Below are positions 11,500 through 23,009 of a stretch of DNA of 36,569 bases, piece after piece. The stretch is from contig NC_068983.1 of NCBI RefSeq assembly GCF_001194135.2, positions 116,507,516 to 116,544,084 of the forward strand. Reading direction: 5' to 3'. The stretch comes from Octopus bimaculoides (lineage: Eukaryota). The notes under the pieces are model-generated. The model searched no databases, had not been told where the DNA came from, and saw only the letters and a program-made list of their open reading frames with translations. The translations under genes and the position numbers were made by a program. The first letter of the stretch is position 1; every line of letters starts with the position of its first letter.

Positions 11500-13760
11500 T
11501 CAATATAATCGAAGACCAAACTTGATGAGAACAGTTCTACGCACTCTTTTACTACTTTTATTAGTCACAGTCATCTGTGGATGCCAGACTGGCATTTCAT
11601 ATGAAGGTTTTTTTTTATGTAAAATAGTGGGTTGGTTCGAGAGTGTAGTATGAAAATAATTCTGTTGAAACCTACATTTCTTTTTTGAAATGCTTATAAA
11701 CCACAAAATATTTCGAATTAGTATGCGAAACACAATAAAGTCCATTATAAAGGGTACGCAAAAGGTTTTGTACAGTATCGTTGCGAAAGAAGATAAGGGA
11801 GAAAGTACTGATGTCAGAAGAAAGATGTTTTAAGTTTGTTGCATTGATATCGTGAACATTTTCAACCGCTATATTCCTAGGCAGACTTAATGTGCGGTCG
11901 AATATTAATTCTGATGGAGTAAAACCAAGATCCGCTTTAACTGATGACATGATGTCAAGTAATATTATCGTCAGATATTCCAATCATATATCTTTGTCGC
12001 TGTTCGATTCAAAAAGCCGATAAAAAACGTTTGGTCATTCCATCTGAGACAGGGTGAGATGTCGTCTTACAAATTCATTTAGTACCGAGTAGATATATTG
12101 CCTCAGCGAATAGGAATAGACTAAGTTTGCAAGCCTACGTTAGTTGTTATTAAGAAAAGAGATCCAAAAGGGGAGCTCTTATCAAAGCTTTTACTAACAT
12201 TGTAGCTGAATTGTCCCTACTTGTAATGGCTTCAGGTCACTGAGAAAAAAGTTTAGAATGAGATATATTATGAAGAACAGGAAAAAGAGTGGCTCTGTCG
12301 AAACAAAAGGTTTTCATGACCAGGGGAGATACCACAACAAATAAATGTCGTAGAAGCAGATAGGAAAAGAGACGAAAATCTTTTGAAGATTATGAATTTC
12401 TTAACTGTTGAAACTTAATTTTTTTTCCTGATCAGACGCAATTTTTAAAGTCAATTGCATTGTAAGAATGTAAGGAATCTATATAAACTTGAAATAAATC
12501 GTCTGCTGAAGAGTTATTAGCTATCTTGTTATACCGATTATCACCAGTAAACTGTGGTATAAAATCTAGATATCAATTGTCATGAAAGAAATTGTAAAAT
12601 AGCTTCCATTTTGTTTTCTGCGGGTAGGATTTAATCTCTATTAAGTATGCTAGAGATGTAACCCCGATAAAACATTTAGTAGAATTAATTACAGCATTTA
12701 ATCGAGTTAATTACAACACTATTTAGCAGAGTTAATTATAACAACATCTAGTAGAATTAATTGCACCATAATATGATAACCAAATAGAAAGCTATTCTTC
12801 GTGTTCTGATACAGAAAAACATTTCAGAGGCTCAAAAATTCAAATAGTATAAAGGGCATAGTGATAGCTGTCACATAAATATCAATAGGTTCGCCAAGTA
12901 TTTGGTTATAAGCTTGAATTAAGTCTGAAATATAATGACTCTATGTAAGAAAATCGTGGATAAGTGGAATTGGTTACCTTGGGTATTTTTAGCAGAGTAT
13001 ACTCTGTTGCAAGCATTCAGACCAGTCTCCGGTTTGGGGTATCTTCTTCCTACTAGTTTCGGAAGGTTTGTAATGGGTCATGGAAATTATCATCCTTGCT
13101 AACTGTAAGAAAAAGAAATAAGTTCTTTTTAACCCGTCTGAATGACGAAGTATGGTTTCAGTAGTAGTGCTTAAATTGTCCCTTTACCATTTATGCAGTT
13201 TCTACGTTTTATCAGGTGATTCGGTTTGGTATAGTTGACATCTGTTTCGTAGATTATCTTCGGTATTACCGAATAGTTCGAATAGCTATGCAGTGATATA
13301 AATGCATATGCAATTTTCTTCTGGTCATTTTGCTGGCTTATGTGTTACGATATTCTTTTTTTTCTTAACAGTTCTTCCTATAATGGTGGCAATATGAAAA
13401 TTTTTGTCTCGAAAAGTTTAGATGATGTTTGAACTGACGTTTAAGGAAAAGGGGGTAGGTGATATCATGCAATGATAATAAAGTATATAGAACATCCAGA
13501 AACACAGTCTTTCATTGTGAAGTGTTTAGATATTTATTTTCAAAGCAAATGATTCTAAAGAATCTCGTTACAATTATTATATTGAGCCATACAGCTTTTA
13601 AAATTGTTTCAAACCGGTAGACTCAAAAGATGTTCCTTCCCAATTTGAATTAATAAATGATGGAATTTCAAAACTAGAGAAAAAGTTCGAAACATTTCTA
13701 AGTGTAAAAGTGCTTCCGTCTAATTGTTGAAGTACTATGGATACTATGGAAAGCGAAAAA
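11500..13760 (-). mobile_element. Degenerate Gypsy LTR-retrotransposon internal region (protease-RT-RNase H end-integrase), with deletions
   Basis: Minus-strand motifs in order: IATISPPLIG (protease end), KKIPQTGDW..*PIPLIHDF..DLIQAYNQ (RT), YLDFIPQFTGDNRY (RNase H end), VLHNISHS (integrase HH), *PEAI...SATMLVKALI, HPVSDGMTKRF, ADLGFTPSELIF and RTLYNGLY (GPY/F-like). Confidence 0.88.
12673..12766. repeat. Four imperfect 22-25 bp tandem units inside the Gypsy RT remnant
   Basis: CATTTAGTAGAATTAATTACAG / CATTTAATCGAGTTAATTACAA / CACTATTTAGCAGAGTTAATTATAA / CAACATCTAGTAGAATTAATTGCAC. Confidence 0.8.
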
Positions 13761-13779
13761 CTCCGTCGATCATAATGAG

Positions 13780-14552
13780 TATATTTTCAATTTATTAGGT
13801 TCAGAAAACTCCAAGTGGTCTATTACTTGTTGCAGCAATAGTTTCATCAGAAGCATCTGCTTCAGTAGTAAAAGTCAAACACAGCTGCAATTACAACTGC
13901 TTCTTTAATATTATTCCAATAAAAATGATACATTTAAAGCGTCCTCCCAAAGAGGAAAATTTATATCGACAAATAGCTAAATGTTTGAAGAGTGGAAAGA
14001 TATCAAGGTATGTGACGAACCTTATTGTTCGTTATTGCTTTGAGGTACAGAAACCAGTGAGCTGGCAAAAATCATTAGCACCGTAGACAAAATGGTTAGC
14101 AGTGACTACATTGGTAAAACAGTTAGCGAAAGCCTGGCACATGTTAGCAAATCGTATTCGCACTTGATTGACGGTTGGTTGTTCCACACTTTTGTTAATT
14201 TTCTTCAATCGCTGTAGTTTAAAGATGCAATTCTATAGAAATCCAGTTAAGTTTTGTCAACAGTTTTGAAATCGTTTAGGGAGACGGTATCTGGCACATA
14301 TTTAATTGGATGGTTTCACATACGCTTCTTCTAGCCATTTTACAGCTTTATCACAAGCCATATGATCGTGTAAAATGTCTCTTACTTTAGAATCGATATA
14401 TAGGAACAAAAGATCTAGTTTGTTAGCATTAAGGTTGTGATTGATAGTTGATATAAATACTTGAAACTCCTTATCCATAATTAACAATTCTTGAAATGTT
14501 GAGGAAAGTTCGTTGGAGTGTCAAAGTTTTCTGGTCTAGTTAACCTGTGCAT
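13780..14552 (-). mobile_element. Second, different Gypsy remnant (gag N-terminus joined to RT-thumb/RNase H)
   Basis: ATG at 14552 reads MHRLTRPENFDT..*LWIRSF, then NKLDLLFLYID...EEAYVKPSN (gag of the LRPERLD / KPKNE type). It continues as FPLWEDA...NNIKEAVVIA...FTTEADASDETIAAT (RNase H ETDAS motif). Confidence 0.7.
14056..14110 (+). mobile_element. SINE family B head fragment inside the Gypsy remnant
   Basis: GAGCTGGCAAAAATCATTAGCAC...AAAATGGTTAGC matches the family B 5' end. Confidence 0.65.
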
Positions 14553-15049
14553 TTGGCTATCTTTAATCAAGATAGTTCCTTTAAAAATCCTTTAATCAAT
14601 TCAAAGATGAATATCATTAGAAGCCATATACATGATGTTGGAGGATCTGAAAGATGTAGCTGTTTGTATAGTCAAAGATAAGACTTGAAAACGTTTAACA
14701 CGCAAGGATTACATTCGTTCAAATGGTTTTTCAATCAATAAACGATGGAATAAATATCATGAATTGAATATTTATTGTAAGAGAATCACGTAATATTTTA
14801 TTCCATAGGTTGTGAATAACGATTCTGTTAAAGCTTCTGCATTTATATCTTAGTAAGTTCACAAATATCCTTAAATCATGATAGTTATCTTTGCTATTAG
14901 TAAACTGCCAAATTGCTTTCCCTCTTGTTGCAGCAAAACGGAAGTATGTGCACTTTAAATCATACAGAGAGTTACAGTTTACTGGCCGCTTTAATGTTGA
15001 TAGTATATGTAGGTGTAGATGTGAAACGACCAGTTGGATAAGGAACAAT

Positions 15050-15231
15050 ACATACATGCATACATACATATATTTGTGTGTGTATCTTCATATGTATACA
15101 CATATACATATAATTATGCATGTACATATATATCTACAGACACACATACACACACATATATATATGTATACACACACACACACATATATATATATGTATA
15201 TATATGTATATATATGTATTCACACGCACAC

Positions 15232-15262
<31 letters not shown>

Positions 15263-15299
15263 TGTATGTATGTATGTATGTATGTATGTATGTATGTAT
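15050..15299. repeat. Compound (TA)/(CA)/(TATG)n microsatellite
   Basis: Seen directly; the TATG run extends to the gap at 15300. Confidence 0.95.
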
Positions 15300-15424
15300 N
15301 NNNNNNNNNNNNNNNNNNNNNNNNNNNNNNNNNNNNNNNNNNNNNNNNNNNNNNNNNNNNNNNNNNNNNNNNNNNNNNNNNNNNNNNNNNATATATAATT
15401 AATAATATCAAGGGTAATAAGAAA

Positions 15425-15620
15425 TATTAGAAATTTTTACTACCAGTGTAGTAAATTTAGTCCATATAAATACAGTGTACATTTAAACGCATAAGAGGTA
15501 TCCATCATAGGATTCCTTGCACGCTAGAAAGAGCAGCTAAGTTCCAAACCACTATTTAGGGATAAAACTTCGAAGGGAATGAAAAATAAAAGGTGGTAAA
15601 TGTTTTTATTTTTCATTCCC
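15425..15620 (+). repeat. Diverged partial copy of the foldback element at 20100-20480
   Basis: TTAGAAATTTTTACTACCAGTG...CATATAAATACAGTGTACATTTAAA...GGGAATGAAAAATAAAA aligns to the reverse complement of 20280-20480. It ends with a short inverted GGTAAATGTTTTTATTTTTCATTCCC. Confidence 0.8.
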
Positions 15621-17142
15621 GAAGGAGGGTAAAATATGCCCTATTCATCTAGGAGGTAGCAAAGCGGAGGCCAAGTTCTACAGACTTACCTCTCTGATCT
15701 CGTACATCAACAAGGTCATGGATCAAATAGTCAGAAGAAAACTAATCGCCTTCCTTGAAGAAAATGACTTTCTGCCTGACACTCAACATGGTTTCTGATC
15801 AGGAAGAATCTGCTTGGCTCAGCTCTTACAACACTATGACTGGGTGCTGAAACAGCTGCTCAACTACTCAGATGTGGAAGTGATATATCTCGACTTTGCA
15901 AAGACCTTTGATAAAGTCGATCGTGGAATGATATGTCACAAACTGCTTGATCTCGGCATAGTTGGAAAATTGGGAGAATGGCTTCATGACTTTCTGAAGG
16001 ATAGAAGTCAGGTGGTAGCAGCCAATGGGGGCAACTCTAATGGCACGCAAATAGTGAGCGGTGTTCTGCAAGGCACTGTTTTGGGACCACTACTGTTCAT
16101 AATGACCCTCTCAGACATGGCCTCAGCTACACAGAGAGCCACGATCACAAGTTATGCAAATGATACAAAAGTCTCACAGGTAATACAGAACCCTGAAGAC
16201 ACGATGCACCTGCAATGTGAACTGGATGAAATATACAAGTGGGATGAAAAGAATAGCATGCAGTTTAATGCTGAAAAGTTTCAAGCCTTGTGCTATCAGC
16301 ATGTAAAACTAAATGCAATGCCCATTAAATACAATGAAACTGGAGGGATTGCAATCCCAGAGGCACAGTCAGTGCGAAACCTGGGCATTTACATGAGTAA
16401 TGATGCATCCTTTCATGTGCATGTTGCTAAATTGGCAATGAAATGCAGGCGACTGACCGGATAGATTCTTAGAACCTTTAGAACAAGTTATCAAGAAACC
16501 ATGATGGTCCTCTGGAGGACACTTGTCCTAAGCCACTTTGACTATTGCTCTCAGCTATGGACACCAATCAGTGTCAATTTAATCTCAGAACTTGAGGTAA
16601 TCCAACGAATATATACGAAGATAGACTCTATGCAGCATATAAGCTATTGGGAAAGACTCAAGAGATTAAGAATCTATTCCTTAGAGCGTAGGCGAGAAAG
16701 ATATACCATAATATACATCTGGAAGATCCTCGAAGGACTTGTCCCAAACTTTGGCATCGAGAGTTACACAAATACTAGAACTGGGCGCCACTGCATAGTG
16801 CCAAGGACTCCAAATTTGCCATCAAAATGTAGGACAAGATACTGCAATAGCCTAGACTTCAGACGTCCACAGTTCTTCAATATTCTCCCGAAGAACCTGA
16901 GAGACCTGCATGGGGTGGATGTAGGTGTCTTCAAAATAAAGCTGGACCTTTTCCTGTCAAATGTTCTAGATGAATCAACTTCGCGGGTGCAGATGAGGGC
17001 AGCTGCATCAAACTCTCTCATGCACCAAATGTCAATTCTTGAAAAGCATTCGTGAAGTAAAATTATGTACCAACACCAAATGGTGGTGCCCCAACATGGC
17101 CACAGCTCATGAGCTGAAACTAGATAAAATGAAAATGAAAAA
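15621..17142 (+). mobile_element. 5'-truncated CR1/L2-group LINE, ORF2 RT and C-terminus, relatively young
   Basis: A single reading frame 15622-17055 is broken only by TGA 15796-15798 and TAG 16462-16464. Motifs: CPIHLGGSKAEAKFYRLTSL, QHGF, YLDFAKTFDKV, SGVLQGTVLGPLLF, YANDT (YADD mutated), LSHFDYCSQLW, YSLERRRER. The 3' tail is TAAAATGAAAATGAAAAA. Confidence 0.93.
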
Positions 17143-17144
17143 TT

Positions 17145-18517
17145 ATATATATATATATATAATATTCTTTATTTATTTATATGTGTGTATGAGTGTATTT
17201 GTATTTATATGTATGTTTATATATTTATGTATATATATAGTAGTTTTATTTTTATTGGTAGCTTAATATTTTAGGAAGTTTAAGGTTTTATATTACAATG
17301 ACACTACGTTTTTATAAGACTAAATCAATAGTAGTATTTTAGATTATTTCATAATATTATATTATTTAATTTACGACTCTTAGTCTTATTATTAATTTAT
17401 TATATATTAGAATTTAAATTTTATTAATGTTTTATAAGATAGCTATAGTTTTTTGTTCTTTTTATATTGTTAGTTATATAAATTTTAAATTTTTCATTCA
17501 TTTTTTTAAGTATTATTATTTCATTGATGTTTTCGTATTCTATTCTCTGTTTTAACGTAGTATTTTCGCGCAACCTCTTGCTTAAAACGCTATAGCTATT
17601 AGATAGCGTCTTAGTTTCAGTTTGAATTACGGAGAAATATGGATAAGTACTGTTTTTACTTTGCTAAAGATTTTCTACTATTTGAAAATAATATGTATTC
17701 TTGTTTTTTATATTATTCATTTGGTTCTTTATAGATTATTTTTAATAGATAACTTATTTAACACGAAATTATTTATAAGTTATAGTTTCATTTCTACATA
17801 ATATTAGAACTTCGATTTGAATAGTGTTGTTATATTTTCGATTATTTTTGATTGATAATATTTGATTAATAATTAGTCTTTATTGTTTATAATATCGTNN
17901 NNNNNNNNNNNNNNNNNNNNNNNNNNNNNNNNNNNNNNNNNNNNNNNNNNNNNNNNNNNNNNNNNNNNNNNNNNNNNNNNNNNNNNNNNNNNNNNNNNNN
18001 NNNNNNNNNNNNNNNNNNNNNNNNNNNNNNNNNNNNNNNNNNNNNNNNNNNNNNNNNNNNNNNNNNNNNNNNNNNNNNNNNNNNNNNNNNNNNNNNNNNN
18101 NNNNNNNNNNNNNNNNNNNNNNNNNNNNNNNNNNNNNNNNNNNNNNNNNNNNNNNNNNNNNNNNNNNNNNNNNNNNNNNNNNNNNNNNNNNNNNNNNNNN
18201 NNNNNNNNNNNNNNNNNNNNNNNNNNNNNNNNNNNNNNNNNNNNNNNNNNNNNNNNNNNNNNNNNNNNGAAACACGTGTAATCATTTTATTATATTTATC
18301 TTATGATATTTACTTTGCTTTATATTATACTCATTTATTGTGCTTTTAATTGTTAATTTTTCTATATGTGATAGTGAATTTTCATCGATGAGTTCTTGAA
18401 ACTTGATTATTTTCCCTAAAACTATATATTTTATCTATAAAGCTCAATTTAATTTTAATTTTTTATAAATTGATTTTAATTGAGTTTTTACCTGTAATTT
18501 TGGATTTTGTCCCTAAT

Positions 18518-18566
<49 letters not shown>

Positions 18567-18580
18567 GTATATACATACAT
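17145..18580. other. Extremely AT-rich, T-skewed block with TA/TAT microsatellites, split by a gap
   Basis: Visibly much more AT-rich than its surroundings; I could not assign any protein motif. Confidence 0.6.
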
Positions 18581-20099
18581 ATATTCCTGATATGCAATGG
18601 AAGCAATATTGAATTAAAATATCTATCTCCATATCATAATTAATGCAAATGTACCACACGCAGAACAAATTTAATGGGGTATTTGTCGGGAGAATATGTA
18701 TCCTATGGACCTGCTATGTTTAAAAATACAAAAGATTTAGGAAAAGATGCAAATCTTCCAAGCAGCGACTGATGTGAACGCTAGATGCTCAGTTCTGCCT
18801 TGTTGAGCGTGTTCTACTCACAGCCAATAAATCTGTCACCACCGATAGAGAAACAAAAATGAATGAAGATTCACACGCCTTGTCCATAAGAGACATTATC
18901 TCCTGACGAATATCTCAGTAAATTTCATTTTTGGTGATGTATTTATATTAGTTATGATACATAGATGTCAACTGTAATCTAATACTGCTTTTGTTGCATA
19001 TAACAGATTTTTATTCAGCCGGGCGGCGATTAGCAACATCAGTACTCCTATTTCCTCAATTTTTCTAGCACTCAGTACAAAATGCCATTGAAACTAGGCT
19101 AACACTTAGTTATCAGTCATTTGGTACTCTCTATACTCACTAAGTGTATTGATTGTCATATTGCATAACTGTCACATAAAGATTATTTAACATTTCATAA
19201 CGGTGTCTGTTGGGCAATAAGAATATCCCGTCACGTACATACATTTCTCACATACCTGGGGACTGCAAAGACACGGTTTTAACAAACACGTTTAACATTT
19301 AAACTGGAACCGACATTGCATTAGAAACACACAAATTTCTAATTGAAATTTATTTCCATCAATTCTCACGAGTACAGCCGATTAAAACATCTGAAGATTG
19401 CTGAACCGATGTAGACTTGTTCAGTTAGCGAGTTTAACCCGCAGTCTGAGCATGATCCTTCAGTAACAAATGTATTTCTTATGTATGTAATGGGCTCATG
19501 TATATATATATNNNNNNNNNNNNNNNNNNNNNNNNNNNNNNNNNNNNNNNNNNNNNNNNNNNNNNNNNNNNNNNNNNNNNNNNNNNNNNNNNNNNNNNNN
19601 NNNNNNNNNNNNNNNNNNNNNNNNNNNNNNNNNNNNNNNNNNNNNNNNNNNNNNNNNNNNNNNNNNNNNNNNNNNNNNNNNNNNNNNNNNNNNNNNNNNN
19701 NNNNNNNNNNNNNNNNNNNNNNNNNNNNNNNNNNNNNNNNNNNNNNNNNNNNNNNNNNNNNNNNNNNNNNNNNNNNNNNNNNNNNNNNNNNNNNNNNNNN
19801 NNNNNNNNNNNNNNNNNNNNNNNNNNNNNNNNNNNNNNNNNNNNNNNNNNNNNNNNNNNNNNNNNNNNNNNNNNNNNNNNNNNNNNNNNNNNNNNNNNNN
19901 NNNNNNNNNNNNNNNNNNNNNNNNNNNNNNNNNNNNNNNNNNNNNNNNNNNNNNNNNNNNNNNNNNNNNNNNNNNNNNNNNNNNNNNNNNNNNNNNNNNN
20001 NNNNNNNNNNNNNNNNNNNNNNNNNNNNNNNNNNNNNNNNNNNNNNNNNNNNNNNNNNNNNNNNNNNNNNNNNNNNNNNNNNNNNNNNNNNNNNNNNNN

Positions 20100-20412
20100 A
20101 TATAAATACATACAGTGTACATTTAAGCCCATAAGAGATGTCCATAATAAGACATCTAACGCGCGAGAAGGAGCAGTCAAACTCCAAACCACAATTAGGG
20201 ATTATTTCGAAAGGGAATGAAAAATAAAAACATTTACCATCTATTTCCTGTACCATGGTTTCAAGCTATTTTCAGCAAATGTTTTTATTTTTCATTCCCT
20301 TTCGAAATAATCCCTAATTGTGGTTTGGAGTTTGACTGCTCCTTCTAGCGGGTTAGATGACCTATTATGGACATCTCTAATGTGTTTAAATGTACACTGT
20401 ATGCATTTATAT
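20100..20412. repeat. Long inverted repeat / foldback element (arms ~136 bp, spacer 41 bp)
   Basis: 20100-20235 is the reverse complement of 20277-20412 with only scattered mismatches. The left arm is cut by the gap; homology to the 15425 copy extends the right arm to ~20480. Confidence 0.92.
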
Positions 20413-20541
20413 GAATAATATATAATCTATTGACTAATTTTTCTTCTCGCTAGACCACTGGTAGCAAAAAGAATTTCTAAATTGTTTTGGCACCCTGAAA
20501 TTTATTATATATATATATATAAAAGGAAAATAAGTCAAGGT

Positions 20542-20710
20542 AGAAAATGCTAAAATAATTTTATCATGAAAAACATTTTAGTACCGGTTTCAGTCATTGA
20601 GACTTTTTCAACTCTAAGTATGGAAAGCAATTTAATATGGAAAGCAATTTAATACTTAGAGCTGAAAAAGTCTCAATGACTGAAACCGGTACTAAAATAT
20701 TTTAGCATTT

Positions 20711-20713
<3 letters not shown>
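20542..20713. repeat. Second inverted repeat (47-bp core arms, 1 mismatch) with a 17-bp direct repeat across the loop
   Basis: 20575-20621 pairs with 20652-20698. Outer arms AGAAAATGCTAAAATA 20542-20557 and 20698-20713. TATGGAAAGCAATTTAA occurs twice (20619-20652). Confidence 0.92.
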
Positions 20714-20749
<36 letters not shown>

Positions 20750-21485
20750 NNNNNNNNNNNNNNNNNNNNNNNNNNNNNNNNNNNNNNNNNNNNNNNNNNN
20801 NNNNNNNNNNNNNNNNNNNNNNNNNNNNNNNNNNNNNNNNNNNNNNNNNNNNNNNNNNNNNNNNNNNNNNNNNNNNNNNNNNNNNNNNNNNNNNNNNNNN
20901 NNNNNNNNNNNNNNNNNNNNNNNNNNNNNNNNNNNNNNNNNNNNNNNNNNNNNNNNNNNNNNNNNNNNNNNNNNNNNNNNNNNNNNNNNNNNNNNNNNNN
21001 NNNNNNNNNNNNNNNNNNNNNNNNNNNNNNNNNNNNNNNNNNNNNNNNNNNNNNNNNNNNNNNNNNNNNNNNNNNNNNNNNNNNNNNNNNNNNNNNNNNN
21101 NNNNNNNNNNNNNNNNNNNNNNNNNNNNNNNNNNNNNNNNNNNNNNNNNNNNNNNNNNNNNNNNNNNNNNNNNNNNNNNNNNNNNNNNNNNNNNNNNNNN
21201 NNNNNNNNNNNNNNNNNNNNNNNNNNNNNNNNNNNNNNNNNNNNNNNNNNNNNNNNNNNNNNNNNNNNNNNNNNNNNNNNNNNNNNNNNNNNNNNNNNNN
21301 NNNNNNNNNNNNNNNNNNNNNNNNNNNNNNNNNNNNNNNNNNNNNNNNNNNNNNNNNNNNNNNNNNNNNNNNNNNNNNNNNNNNNNNNNNNNNNNNNNNN
21401 NNNNNNNNNNNNNNNNNNNNNNNNNNNNNNNNNNNNNNNNNNNNNNNNNNNNNNNNNNNNNNNNNNNNNNNNNNNNNNNNNNNNN

Positions 21486-21534
<49 letters not shown>

Positions 21535-21735
21535 ATGTGTGTGTGTGTATATTTATGTTTGCCACCCACCATCGCTGGACAAGTGATGTTGGTGAGTTTA
21601 GGTCTCTGGCAATAGATCGGCAAAAGAGACCGATAAGATTATGTACGAGGCTTAAGAAAAATGTCCTAGGGACGAATTTTTTCACAAAATATTTTCCAGG
21701 CAATGTCCTAGTATGGCTGCAGTCTAAAGGCTGAA
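21486..21735 (+). mobile_element. SINE family A, 3' half with internal (TG)n
   Basis: (TG)n, then CCACCATCGCTGGACAAGTGATGTTGGTG...CGGCAAAAGAGACCGATAAGA...GTATGGCTGCAGTC, homologous to the reverse complement of 26184-26390. Confidence 0.8.
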
Positions 21736-22503
21736 GAAAATAACGAATAAAAAAATATATTTTAAGGTTACTATGATTATTTAAGATGTTTTCAACATTC
21801 ACAGACAACAAACTATATGTATTTCAACTCCTTCATTTCGATCGTTTCAATAATGTTATTAAATTTATATATTTCACAAAATCATTTTGTCAGACAAAGT
21901 TTCGAAATCTAAACCGGGCTGAACAAAATAACCTTATATATCATGGAATCATTCCCAAACAAAAATACAAATAATGATAAAAGATATACAATCAATAACG
22001 GATAAATATTTCGGAGCCCAAAAATTAATAAACTTAAGAATAAAAGATGTAAAAATTAAAAGAACACAGAAAGATAAAAGTAAGAATATAATATAGGAGA
22101 ATAACGCAACATTCTTCAAGATTAGTCCTAAATGAAAAATGAAAATATACAAAATAAAAACAAAAATAAGTCATGATAAAGATACATTAGTGTTAAATTA
22201 AAAAATTTAGGGAAGACATACGACTCGCTAAGTCATATATCACTATAAAAAACCATATATCATTATTAAAACTTAAAAACTCCAATGATCGTCACGCATT
22301 TAATATTAAGCAAACATATTTTATTTCAAAGGTACTGCCCAAGTGTCGAAACCATAATGGTATCTGTTAGGCAGATGATAATGGATATATACGTTGATGT
22401 GAACCTTTTGTATCTTATGTATTTGTAGTCCTAAGTAGTCCTTCATGGAAATTCTCGTAGGGCTGAATTTGTTTAGAGGTTTCTTGGTTTATGGTAACTT
22501 TGT

Positions 22504-22540
<37 letters not shown>

Positions 22541-23009
22541 CATTAATATTGAGTGATTGTACTTCATAGGAATTCTAATTCTGGTAAGTGTAATATGTAA
22601 GTGTTTCTAGTTAATGTAGATTTTGTTGCATATTTACGATAAACAGATACTAATATCAATACAAACACATATACACAAGAATGCATATTTATATTTCTAC
22701 GTTTATGGCGTAACATATCGATAGTTTACAGATAAGCCACTCATCAAAGTAAGGCACATATATGCAGACTATAACAGACTACCCTAGTATTGTAATTGCA
22801 TAAAAAGTCAGGAAATGCATTCACATGATAAATATAATATTAAAGAGATGACTTAGCCCCCAAAATATCTTAGCAACATAGAGGTGTAGACAAAAATATG
22901 CCCATCTTTGCTTATTTACGACCATGTTTGCACCCATAACCATACTTAAAGACAGTTTACTCAACTGACACGCACAAACAAAATATCCAGCCACATGCTT
23001 ACAATGATA

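Noticed and set aside
12673-12766. CRISPR-like array
   Set aside because: The units are directly adjacent without unique spacers, and the context is eukaryotic.
14630-15050. Possible LTR upstream of the Gypsy gag (TGTTG at ~14636)
   Set aside because: No second LTR copy, clear PBS or matching terminus is visible.
14891-15430. ORFs with YVCM/THTH/IYLS/RERE repeats (also 24662, 25277, 29228, 32658)
   Set aside because: They are translations of microsatellites and low-complexity DNA.
17230-18530. Mitochondrial insertion (NUMT) suggested by the AT content
   Set aside because: I could not recognise any mitochondrial protein, tRNA or rRNA motif; a BLAST against the mitogenome is needed.
19250-19270. 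Possible 7-nt micro-exon on the minus strand (TTTGCAG|TCCCCAG|GTATGT)
   Set aside because: Such motif pairs occur by chance in 36 kb, and there are no neighbouring exons or transcript evidence.
19400-19435. CTGAAGA followed by a GCTGAAC/GTTCAG hairpin
   Set aside because: No GAAA, stem III or stem I follows.
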